The position numbers were made by a program, and so were the translations under genes. A model generated the notes under the pieces. It did no database searches. It was not told the DNA's origin and saw only the letters and a list, made by a program, of their open reading frames with translations. From the IMG/VR virus record IMGVR_UViG_3300042934_000980, positions 1-64,000 of that record: a stretch of DNA of 64,000 nucleotides; one strand, 5' to 3'. Below, piece by piece: positions 17,821-26,154 of this stretch. Every line of letters starts with the position of its first letter. Position 1 is the stretch's first letter.

Positions 17821-19494
17821 CTAATCTGGCATCCGGCGCTTCAAGCGTTGTTCTGTCTTGTCGTATAACTCTTTGAACTCAGGGTTCAGGGCGGTTACTT
17901 TGTCGTTGATCAGATGTACGCAAGGCGTTAAGAAACCCCGACCATCAGGGTACGGATTGGTTACCCGCAGGTAACTGTTCACGAAAGGCAAGGACGCGTG
18001 GGTAAAGCAGGCGCTGTCGGTGGTGTCAAAGTCACCGCGCTTCTTCTTATTCCCGGCACCTGTGTAGACCTTGTGCTGCGGCATGCAGCCTAAGCCATAG
18101 TCAATGTACGGATTGTCAGTCGGCGTCGGTTCCTGGATGAGATTGGTCGTGCGCGCATTGTCAATCTCCTTAATGTGGAAGTTGTTGTTAAGGAACCGGG
18201 CCACTTTCTTTTGGCTAAGCTCAGAGTTGTTTTTGATGTCATGCTTGAAACTGTTGGCGGCTGTGATCAGCTTGTCCAACGTAAATTCCAGGCTGGCCAA
18301 CTCTTTGTGGAACATCGAGGCGCGGTCAGTGGTTTGCACGATCTCACTGCGGTTGGCAATGATAAAGTTAAACAACTCGAACATGTTGGTCACCACAATG
18401 GACTGGCTGGCGAACTTCTTGATGGAGTCCTCATCCAGATACTCATTGATGGAGTCAAAGTGCTCGTTCATCAGGCGCATGATGTATTCATTGCTATCGC
18501 CGGCTTTCACCGAGCAACGGCCAATGATCAGCTTCCAGTAGTCCGGGTTATCGATGTTGTCGATGTCGAAGTAGGATGACAAGCAATCGATTACAAACAG
18601 CAAGGCTGCGGCATACTGAAGTGCCATGGAGCTCAGCTCTTTACGTTTCACGTTCTTGTTGCGCACAGCGACCGCATAATCGTGCCCGACAAAATCACCC
18701 AGCGACTTGGCGTTGCGCGAACTCGAACGGGTGATGATCTCCCACCGGTCTTTGGCTTTGCACTCGGCAATCAGTGCATCGGTCGGACCTACTTCAAAAT
18801 CACACTCGCCATACTCTTCCATGGCGCGGCTGAAGCCTTTGTCAGCAAAGATGTACCAAGCCAGCAACGGGGTGGGGGTTTTGCTGTCCTTGATCTTGCG
18901 GGCTTCAGTCGGGCTGTAGAACCGATTGGCCGCTAGGTTGATGTCAGAGGTGCGGGTAAGGTTGTTGGCCGTTTCGGTGAACACCTGGTCATACAGGAAA
19001 TGTTCGATGCCGATCTTGAACTTGAACCCCAGCACTTTGACAAACAGCGAGTTTTCCTTGGTGACCGGCAGTCCACGCTCGGCCAGAACAAATTGCAAGC
19101 TGTACTGCGTTCCCCGCAGCCACAGGTCACCGTACACGTCGCAATACGGCAGCATGGTGTACACAGGCCCCATGGGGATAATGCGTTTGGACTTGTCCAT
19201 GTACTCAAACATCAATTTGACCGGGTACAGGGTCTCCTTGTGGATGTCGAAGATTTTGTTGCTGCTCTTGGTGAGGTAGTCGATGTACTCGCGCGGTGGC
19301 ACACGGAAGACGCCCCGAAAGAACACCCCGCGCTTTTCAATGGACTTGAAGATCAGCCGCAAGGACCGATCAAAGTAGTGCAGGCCTTTTTCAAACTCCT
19401 TTTGATGAAACCCCTCCACGATGGCCTGATTAAACCGCGGCATCGTCTCCTCACCAATGACTTTGGACAATTTCTGATGCATCAGGTACCCCAA
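17821..19494 (-). CDS. Non-virion RNA polymerase beta-like subunit (phiKZ gp123-like)
   Basis: 557 aa; motifs YTMLPYCD...LWLRGTQY and a C-terminal HASLP...PxPDGRGFLTP. Lies close to the MCP gene as in phiKZ. Confidence 0.75.
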   Translation of the reverse strand: MGYLMHQKLSKVIGEETMPRFNQAIVEGFHQKEFEKGLHYFDRSLRLIFKSIEKRGVFFRGVFRVPPREYIDYLTKSSNKIFDIHKETLYPVKLMFEYMDKSKRIIPMGPVYTMLPYCDVYGDLWLRGTQYSLQFVLAERGLPVTKENSLFVKVLGFKFKIGIEHFLYDQVFTETANNLTRTSDINLAANRFYSPTEARKIKDSKTPTPLLAWYIFADKGFSRAMEEYGECDFEVGPTDALIAECKAKDRWEIITRSSSRNAKSLGDFVGHDYAVAVRNKNVKRKELSSMALQYAAALLFVIDCLSSYFDIDNIDNPDYWKLIIGRCSVKAGDSNEYIMRLMNEHFDSINEYLDEDSIKKFASQSIVVTNMFELFNFIIANRSEIVQTTDRASMFHKELASLEFTLDKLITAANSFKHDIKNNSELSQKKVARFLNNNFHIKEIDNARTTNLIQEPTPTDNPYIDYGLGCMPQHKVYTGAGNKKKRGDFDTTDSACFTHASLPFVNSYLRVTNPYPDGRGFLTPCVHLINDKVTALNPEFKELYDKTEQRLKRRMPD

Positions 19495-19495
19495 A

Positions 19496-20653
19496 CTACG
19501 AAGTAAAAAGTTTATATCCTGTAAACCCTAAACCGGCTATCGTCCCGATAGCTTTTGCAAACTCGCCCCAGGTGTTTACAGAACCCTTGTGTTTGATCAG
19601 TTCCAAGTTGGCTTTGGCGGCAGCGTCTTTGATGCGCTGCTCATACTTAAACAGGTCTCCTGACATTTTAGTCTGGTGCTTAAGTTGGCTGATCTCGACC
19701 TCGTACCGGTGTTTCATTTGAGTGACCTCGGTGCGGTGGTCCTGCTTTAACTGGAGGACGTCTTGGTTTAGTTTATTACAATTGGCTTCCGCCCGTTCCA
19801 AGAGGGTGTCCAGGTTGTCAATCTGGTCCTTGGATTTTTGCAGCTCCTTATTCAGATCGTGCGCCCGTTTCTCAGCGGCGATGGCCCGTTCGGTGTTGCC
19901 CCCACTCTCACAATCAGAGCGGCTTTCGAACAAGCCCAAAGCTTCCAGTGCTTTCTTATCCAATCGGTCGAAAGTGTAGAATAGAGTCTGCGGTGATTCA
20001 TTACCATGCATGACCCCCATGTACAAGCCAGGCAACCGTGTCTCGTCGGACACTACTGGTACCTCAACGGCTTTGCCCATGATGTTGCTGTAGAGCGCTC
20101 CCATGTGTCTGCGTGGATCATTGCAGAAGATAAAGTGGTGCAGACCGCCTTCTGGTAGAGGCTGATCGGCGATGGTCATGTTGAACAGTTCTTGGATCGT
20201 AAACCCTGGGGTGTTCAGGCTTGGCTGGTTGGCATTGGTCAACCCGTTGTACAAGGTCATGCCCAACAACTCGCTGTGGATGGCGTCATTTTTCTCCACC
20301 ATGCTTTCCATCAGCTTGATCACCACATGCAGGGTGTGGCTAAAGGTCTGGTACAGGTACTGCCCGCCTGCATTCTTCTTCACCCGGTCCGCTTCCTGCT
20401 TGATGCCTTTAAGCAGCTCCCGATCAAACTTGGTCAGGGCCAGCTCTTCATCAATCAGCAAGTTCTCGATGTACACGTTAGGCAATTCCACGAACACGCA
20501 CCGCTCTTCCGAGTAGGTCGGTTCTTTGCAGCGCTTGATGATGTAACCCAACCCGCCTTTAGCCCGGACAATCATTTCCTGATTGGTGCGGTTGACTACC
20601 CGATAGTTTAACCGGAAAGTGTTCACTTCATTATCCATTTCGATAACACCCAT
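19496..20653 (-). CDS. Conserved early protein with C-terminal coiled coil and hydrophobic tail (phiKZ gp122-like)
   Basis: 385 aa; long heptad region followed by WGEFAKAIGTIAGLGFTGYKLF. Confidence 0.6.
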   Translation of the reverse strand: MGVIEMDNEVNTFRLNYRVVNRTNQEMIVRAKGGLGYIIKRCKEPTYSEERCVFVELPNVYIENLLIDEELALTKFDRELLKGIKQEADRVKKNAGGQYLYQTFSHTLHVVIKLMESMVEKNDAIHSELLGMTLYNGLTNANQPSLNTPGFTIQELFNMTIADQPLPEGGLHHFIFCNDPRRHMGALYSNIMGKAVEVPVVSDETRLPGLYMGVMHGNESPQTLFYTFDRLDKKALEALGLFESRSDCESGGNTERAIAAEKRAHDLNKELQKSKDQIDNLDTLLERAEANCNKLNQDVLQLKQDHRTEVTQMKHRYEVEISQLKHQTKMSGDLFKYEQRIKDAAAKANLELIKHKGSVNTWGEFAKAIGTIAGLGFTGYKLFTS

Positions 20654-20670
20654 ATTAGTTACTCTGAAGA

Positions 20671-20688
20671 GATAATGTAGGTTTGAAA
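20671..20688 (-). promoter_or_regulatory. Early promoter for the nvRNAP operon
   Basis: Minus strand reads TTTCAAACCTACATTATC, a 15/18 match to the 15371-15388 element. Confidence 0.65.
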
Positions 20689-20704
20689 AAGTCTAATGGC
20701 GAAC

Positions 20705-20744
20705 ATAACCCCCTCCCCCAACCGAAGCCGGGGGAGGGGGTTAT
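20705..20744 (-). terminator. Hairpin after the major capsid gene
   Basis: 15-bp stem ATAACCCCCTCCCCC/GGGGGAGGGGGTTAT. Confidence 0.8.
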
Positions 20745-20818
20745 TAGTGCTGCTCAACTTAGCCCAACATCACACCGTACTTACTCACCGACGGTGAGTG
20801 TTCCGTAGTTCGTGGGAC

Positions 20819-23038
20819 TCAGCCGTTTGGGGCTGCTGGGTCCACTGGATCCGTGGTACCGGTGTCGCCACCAGTTTGCACGTTCTTGCCAGCGTCGCCG
20901 ATGTTGTCAACGTTTACGCGCAGGTGCGCCAGACGCGACAGGATGCCTTCGTTGCCCAGGAAGTCACGAGCATCTTCGATCGTCAGCGAGCCGATGATCG
21001 GGTTCAGCGCCCAGTGCTTGTAGATCGGGAGGGTCATGACCACACCGAAGTCCTGCTGGTCACGAGTGACGTTGCCCTGGACGAGGATGTTTTCCTTGGA
21101 CACGCAGACGCCGACACCGCCCAGAGGGTTGATGGTATCGTTGGTGCTGGTGTTCTTCGGAACGATCAGGATCTGACCGATCTGGCTGTCGAAGTTCGTT
21201 TCAACGACGTTCAGCGTCTGCTGGTTGCCGATGGAGCGAGCGTCGCCGGAACGCATGATGAAGCGACCCAGGTTCTGGTGCACGATCACCGTCCACTCGA
21301 TCTTGCCATCAGTGCCGCCGTATTCCGAAATCGCGGCCAGGCCGGACTTGGTGTTCAGAGCAGCGGTGATGTCGCTGATTTCGTTGGTGATCACAGCGCA
21401 GACGGAATCGAACACGTCGCTGGAGTTGGTAGCCGAAACTACATCCGCCAGACGCATGCTGCGGTTAACCGCCGAAGCTGTTACGAAGTGCTGACCGGCC
21501 AGGACGTTGGAGCCCTGCTGGTTGCCGACCACTGGAGCGCCGTCGATCGAAGTGATGTACTTCAGGTGCTCTTGAGCCTTGTCGAACGCGTGCTTGGAGC
21601 ACTGGTTGTTGATCACAACCGACATCTGCTGGATTGCGAAGTCCAGGGAAGCCTGGTTGACGTCGTCCTTGGCGATCGGGTACTTGACCGAGATCGGGGA
21701 ACGGCGCTGAACCGACAGGTGCTTGCGAGCATCGAACACTTCGATACGGTAGCCGAAGTTACCGCGGTTGGTGTTGGACACGTTGAACGTGGCCTTCATG
21801 CCGATGACGGAGCCGCCGGTGAAGGTGCGGAACAGAGCGATCTGGTTCTTGTCAGCAGTGCCCAGAGTGATCAGGCGACCGGTGGTCAGTTCGCGCAGAG
21901 CGTGAACGTCAACAGTACCGCCGTTCAGGCGCAGCTCGTTGCCCTGGCGCTGGTAGTTGCCCGACAGCGAGATGTTGAGCATCGGTTCGTAGCCCGCAGT
22001 TTTGAAAGCTGCGAACAGGGTTTCGCCGACTGGCAGGCCGTCTTTGTCCACGACCGAGAAACCAGGATGGTTACGCAGGTGCATGTTCAGCTGACGGTCA
22101 TCGCTCGACTGACCCATGGTGGTCGGGCCGAAGGTGTTGTTGCTCATCGCACGGGTGTCGATGAAGAAGGCAACATTGGTGCTGCCCGATTTGCCGCCCA
22201 GTGCCAGTGCAGCAGCGCTGATCGAGTTGGACTCGATTTCGTCGGTGCTGGTCCATGGACGCTGGCCAGGAGCTTGGGTCAGAGCCAGCAAGTTCGGTAT
22301 GGTGACCGGAACTGCCAGGTACTGAGTGTCGTGCGCTTGACGGCCGTAGGCGTCGCCTGCGATGTAGCTGACTGGCAGCGGCGCTTTCACGTCGGCGGAC
22401 AGGAACAGGTCGCGGGTGGTGTCGTCAGCATCGGCTGGGTACACAGGGTACAGGCTCAGGACTTCGTCCTTGAACATTTCGCCGGTGCGCAGCAGGCCGA
22501 AGATTGGACGCAGGTCGGAAGCCGACTGCCAGGCGCTGTTGCCGTAGGCGTAGGTACCCAGACCAGCAGCGCGAACGGTGAGCTCGGCGCCTTCGTCTTC
22601 GTAGCGGACGGAGATGGTGGTGAACAGGGCTTCAGCGGCCGGGGTCTGCAGGTGAGACTGGGCGTTGAGGGTCATGTTCGCAGCTTTCAGGTCAGCTTGG
22701 CTGCCCTGGAAGTTTTGCATGGAGAAGCCTTCAAGACCACCAACCGACGCCAGGCCAGTCGCAGCTTCTTGGAAGATGCCCATCACGTCAGACGGAACGC
22801 CGTTACGAGTACGGGCCGACTGGAATGCTTCGAAGGAACCTTTGGTCAGAACTTTCAGACCGCCGGTGAGTTGATGTCCTTCGGTACCGCTGACTGTAGC
22901 CAGAGCCGTTTGAAAGCTGTCGAAGCTTTCGTTGCCACTGACGGTCGCCAGAACCGAATTGTTGGAGAGAGAAGAGCGGATTGCACTGAACAGGTTGTTC
23001 TCCGGTTTCAGCGCTGCCGTCAGTTGTTTCATGGCCAT
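20819..23038 (-). CDS. Major capsid protein (phiKZ gp120-like)
   Basis: 739 aa from MAMKQL (AGGA RBS). Strong codon bias; propeptide with G-x-E sites ending GGLE|GFSMQNF; syntenic with dnaB and the nvRNAP subunit. Confidence 0.85.
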   Translation of the reverse strand: MAMKQLTAALKPENNLFSAIRSSLSNNSVLATVSGNESFDSFQTALATVSGTEGHQLTGGLKVLTKGSFEAFQSARTRNGVPSDVMGIFQEAATGLASVGGLEGFSMQNFQGSQADLKAANMTLNAQSHLQTPAAEALFTTISVRYEDEGAELTVRAAGLGTYAYGNSAWQSASDLRPIFGLLRTGEMFKDEVLSLYPVYPADADDTTRDLFLSADVKAPLPVSYIAGDAYGRQAHDTQYLAVPVTIPNLLALTQAPGQRPWTSTDEIESNSISAAALALGGKSGSTNVAFFIDTRAMSNNTFGPTTMGQSSDDRQLNMHLRNHPGFSVVDKDGLPVGETLFAAFKTAGYEPMLNISLSGNYQRQGNELRLNGGTVDVHALRELTTGRLITLGTADKNQIALFRTFTGGSVIGMKATFNVSNTNRGNFGYRIEVFDARKHLSVQRRSPISVKYPIAKDDVNQASLDFAIQQMSVVINNQCSKHAFDKAQEHLKYITSIDGAPVVGNQQGSNVLAGQHFVTASAVNRSMRLADVVSATNSSDVFDSVCAVITNEISDITAALNTKSGLAAISEYGGTDGKIEWTVIVHQNLGRFIMRSGDARSIGNQQTLNVVETNFDSQIGQILIVPKNTSTNDTINPLGGVGVCVSKENILVQGNVTRDQQDFGVVMTLPIYKHWALNPIIGSLTIEDARDFLGNEGILSRLAHLRVNVDNIGDAGKNVQTGGDTGTTDPVDPAAPNG

Positions 23039-23122
23039 GTTTAAGTCCTGTGAGTTGAACGTTTGAAACAAATATATTTGTTTGCGCAAGTTGAGCTGCA
23101 CATAAAATATGTGCAGCAATGA

Positions 23123-23668
23123 TTATGGGTTCTGAATGCTCAGCAGTTTGAAAACCTCTGCCAAGGTAAACTCACCCAACTCAGGATGAACCACGGGAGC
23201 GCCATGCGCTTCCAAATAGCCGGCCTGTTTGTAAATCGCTTCCAGCATCGCTGCTGAAAAGGTCCCGCCTTCTAGCAATGCCCAACCCGGGAGCAACGGG
23301 TCATCAGCTTCTCCTGCCACCATAATAATGGATTGTGCGATTGTAACCATTTGGAAACGGCCCGCACGCTTGAAGATTTCAACTAACGTTTCACGGCTGG
23401 TTGAATTGAATGCTTCCTTGAGCATGGCGCCGTCATAGCCGTTGCCAAATGCAGGCAGCGGGTCTGGCATGGGAACGCCCATTACACTGGCAACCGCCAG
23501 CTGGAACTTAATGATGGCTGCCATTTCTCCGTAAGTCAGGACACCATGGTATACCGACAACTTGTCCAAGTCCTGCAACGGAACAGATTGTCTGAGCAGA
23601 GTCTCTACCATCCCTCTGGTCAGAAAGAAAAACTTTAATGGATGTCCGTTGGGATAATTCAAAATCAT
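23123..23668 (-). CDS. Conserved protein upstream of MCP (phiKZ gp119-like)
   Basis: 181-aa ORF between dnaB and the MCP gene. Confidence 0.6.
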   Translation of the reverse strand: MILNYPNGHPLKFFFLTRGMVETLLRQSVPLQDLDKLSVYHGVLTYGEMAAIIKFQLAVASVMGVPMPDPLPAFGNGYDGAMLKEAFNSTSRETLVEIFKRAGRFQMVTIAQSIIMVAGEADDPLLPGWALLEGGTFSAAMLEAIYKQAGYLEAHGAPVVHPELGEFTLAEVFKLLSIQNP

Positions 23669-23691
23669 CTTTAGCTCCCGGGGAGTTTTTA

Positions 23692-25224
23692 ATGAACGAT
23701 TTACTGGTGCTGGTTAAGATCCTATCGGCTCTCTATCAGGCTAAGAAGCTAAAAGACAACAACCTGATCAACGAACTGGTCGAGACGCTCGAAGAATTAC
23801 CCAAACCTAATCCCGATGTGTTTCAGCAGGACAAGGAAACACGCGAAAGTATCAGGGCCACGATTCAGTGGCTGCTTAAGCAGCCTAACGACGAGCCAAT
23901 CATAAAATCATTGCTGATGCAGCGTGTGGAGCTGTTTTGCAAGAACGATGATGCGTTGAAGAAAACCATCGAAGCCGGCCTTGAAGACTGCGCCGACGAC
24001 GAGATGACGCGCAAGCTGGTTTACAAGCACGTCACCGAAGTGCGCATGAATGGCGAGACCGAAGCGTTCGCCAAGAAGTTCAAGTCAGCGATTCGCGACT
24101 TCTACTTCAAAGAACTGCACGAGATGAAGAAAGAAGACTGGGGCAACTTGGTCGACATGATTCAAGAGCGCATCAATGCCACTTATGAAGAGCGGCAAAG
24201 TGAGATCGTTCATACGATCACATCTGATGCCCCTGAATCGTTCTACGACGTCATTGAGATGGCGAAGAAGGAGAACAGTAAGGAAGGTATCCTTAAGACC
24301 GGCTTGCAGGGTATCAACGAAGGCTTGGAACCGGATGGGGGCTTCCGGCGTTCGAAGATGTACTTGGTCAACGCCCTGACCAACCGCGGTAAGTCTCTGA
24401 CCATGGCTCACTTCCTGGCCTCGGTGGGGATGTACAACAAGCCGCTGCTGCGTAAAGCGGTCAAGATCCCGACGCTGCTCATGGAGTCCTCCGAAGACAC
24501 CATGGACTTGATCGTGATGCGCATGTACAAGCTGGCGACTGAATCTAAGGCCCAGTACGACAAGTCTTTCCAGACCTCTGAGAAAGAAGACATCGTTGAC
24601 ACCATTGTCAGCTGCTTTAAAGAGAACGGCTGGTATTTGATCGTTAACCAGATCGAAGCCAACAAAGACTCCATGCAGCACATCTTTGACCGCGTGCGCG
24701 CGTTGGAGATGAAAGGCCACGAAATTATCTGGTACGGTTACGACTACTTGGGCCTGGTGCCGATCGACAAGATCCCAGGCGAAAGCAAGTCGGACAAACT
24801 CCAAATCCTGTTCCGTCGTGTGCGCTCGTTTATGATTGCACGGGGCATCTGCTTTGTAACACCCCATCAGCTCTCACCTGAAGCTAAGAAGATGCTTAAG
24901 GAAGCGGACGATGAGTCTGAGGTTTACTTTGCCCGGGAAGCAGCCGGTAAATCTCTGACAGAGACCTCCACCAAGATCACCAACGAAGTGGACGTTGAGA
25001 TCACCATCCATGTCGCCAAGACCAACACCCGCAACTACTGGACGTTCTGTATCGGTAAGCAGCGCGGTGAAGGGTGTGCGCCGAATAAGCGCTTTGGCAT
25101 CTACGACATTGACCCGGTGTATGGTCTGCAACACGATATTCACACCAAGCCTAAGTACCGACGCAGCCTGCAACAAAAGTTCAGTGAGAACGGCGAACTT
25201 GTTAGCGACTTTGATCACTTGTAA
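23692..25224 (+). CDS. DnaB-like (SF4) replicative helicase (phiKZ gp118-like)
   Basis: Motifs LKTGLQGIN...GGFRR, Walker A ALTNRGKS, YDYL, TPHQLS and GKQRG. Start MNDLL at 23692 after GGGAG. Confidence 0.9.
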   Translation: MNDLLVLVKILSALYQAKKLKDNNLINELVETLEELPKPNPDVFQQDKETRESIRATIQWLLKQPNDEPIIKSLLMQRVELFCKNDDALKKTIEAGLEDCADDEMTRKLVYKHVTEVRMNGETEAFAKKFKSAIRDFYFKELHEMKKEDWGNLVDMIQERINATYEERQSEIVHTITSDAPESFYDVIEMAKKENSKEGILKTGLQGINEGLEPDGGFRRSKMYLVNALTNRGKSLTMAHFLASVGMYNKPLLRKAVKIPTLLMESSEDTMDLIVMRMYKLATESKAQYDKSFQTSEKEDIVDTIVSCFKENGWYLIVNQIEANKDSMQHIFDRVRALEMKGHEIIWYGYDYLGLVPIDKIPGESKSDKLQILFRRVRSFMIARGICFVTPHQLSPEAKKMLKEADDESEVYFAREAAGKSLTETSTKITNEVDVEITIHVAKTNTRNYWTFCIGKQRGEGCAPNKRFGIYDIDPVYGLQHDIHTKPKYRRSLQQKFSENGELVSDFDHL

Positions 25225-25242
25225 CTAAAACTCTCTCCGGTT

Positions 25243-25270
25243 CCTTCCCAGGGCGCAAGCCTTGGGAGGG
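25243..25270 (+). terminator. Terminator of dnaB
   Basis: 12-bp stem CCTTCCCAGGGC-GCAA-GCCTTGGGAGGG with a GNRA loop, followed by TTATTTTATGTTTG. Confidence 0.75.
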
Positions 25271-25325
25271 TAAGGATTATTTTATGTTTGAGTACCAAAT
25301 AAGTATTTTTTTATTTGGGTTCTAT

Positions 25326-25614
25326 GAGTATAACTCTAGGCGTTGCAATTCCACCCAATAGGGCATTCCTGTGGTGTGTGAAAATCCAACCTGTGCTTAG
25401 TTTGCGTGTTGTTCTTGTAGCCTGTCTTCAGTCGCCGATGGCCATTGTGAAGCGCTACGTTGCGTTTTGGGAGCATTCCCAGATAACCCTCAGCTTTCGC
25501 TAAGGTCTATCTCTCTAAATATCTTTAAAAAGGCTTTCAAACGGTCGGAAAGTACCTTTGTGTATACCACTGTTTAAACTGAATCCAAACTACAGAACAG
25601 CAAAAGCAACACAG
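25326..25614 (+). ncRNA. Candidate structured non-coding RNA (~290 nt)
   Basis: 25391-25432 pairs with 25578-25614 (~28 bp with bulges) and encloses four hairpins. G-U pairs favour the + strand. TATG at 25323-26 upstream, terminator downstream, and no convincing ORF. Confidence 0.55.
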
Positions 25615-25617
25615 CAT

Positions 25618-25649
25618 AGCCTACAGACCCGACCAGGGGTCTGTAGGCT
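25618..25649. terminator. Bidirectional hairpin
   Basis: 13-bp stem AGCCTACAGACCC/GGGTCTGTAGGCT flanked by GCAT and TATG. Confidence 0.8.
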
Positions 25650-25677
25650 TATGGCTTTATGTCCGCTTGGGTCACAT

Positions 25678-26025
25678 TTAAAGGGTGTCTTGCATCAGCA
25701 GTTGGATCACGTGTTTCTGCCACTCTAGGCGCTTTTGTACCATGTAGGCCACATCTCTACGACTCAGACCACTTGGTAATTCTTCATCGCTCACTTGTAG
25801 GAAAAGTTGCAGCTGTTCAATGCTGTATTCATTCCCTACCAAGGTGGCGTATGAAACCCTGACCTGTTCTTTATGAGGCAACGCTTGGAAGTTCTCTGGC
25901 AGATACCCCAACCCATACCCTTGATGAAACAACTGAGGCTTTACCCACATTGGGGTATGATCTTCAGGTGTGGTATCCGTGGGGTTGAAGAAGACAGTTT
26001 CTTTAAGCTCTTCTTGGGTATTCAT
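25678..26025 (-). CDS. Small protein with helix-extension-helix-like segment
   Basis: 115 aa; contains YSIEQLQLFLQVSDEELPSGLSRRDVAYMVQKRL. Confidence 0.55.
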   Translation of the reverse strand: MNTQEELKETVFFNPTDTTPEDHTPMWVKPQLFHQGYGLGYLPENFQALPHKEQVRVSYATLVGNEYSIEQLQLFLQVSDEELPSGLSRRDVAYMVQKRLEWQKHVIQLLMQDTL

Positions 26026-26069
26026 TGTTGTGCTCTCTTTCTAGTTGAGGTATCTACCTAAAGGTAAAA

Positions 26070-26102
26070 GCAAAAAGGAGGGGATCTTTCCTCCTCTGCT
26101 TT
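26070..26102 (-). terminator. Intrinsic terminator
   Basis: Stem AGGAGG/CCTCCT with a T-tract on the minus strand. Confidence 0.55.
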
Positions 26103-26154
26103 CGCAAAGAACTCCATGACGGTATAAGCATGGTGCCTGAGAGGCAAAACACTG

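Noticed and set aside
20798-23044. 748-aa + strand ORF antisense to the major capsid gene
   Set aside because: Mirror ORF in register with MCP, caused by strong codon bias; no RBS or protein-like motifs.
25315-25503. 62-aa ORF within the structured intergenic region
   Set aside because: No RBS, atypical codon usage, and it covers only half of the paired region. RNA structure explains the sequence better, although a leaderless peptide is not excluded.
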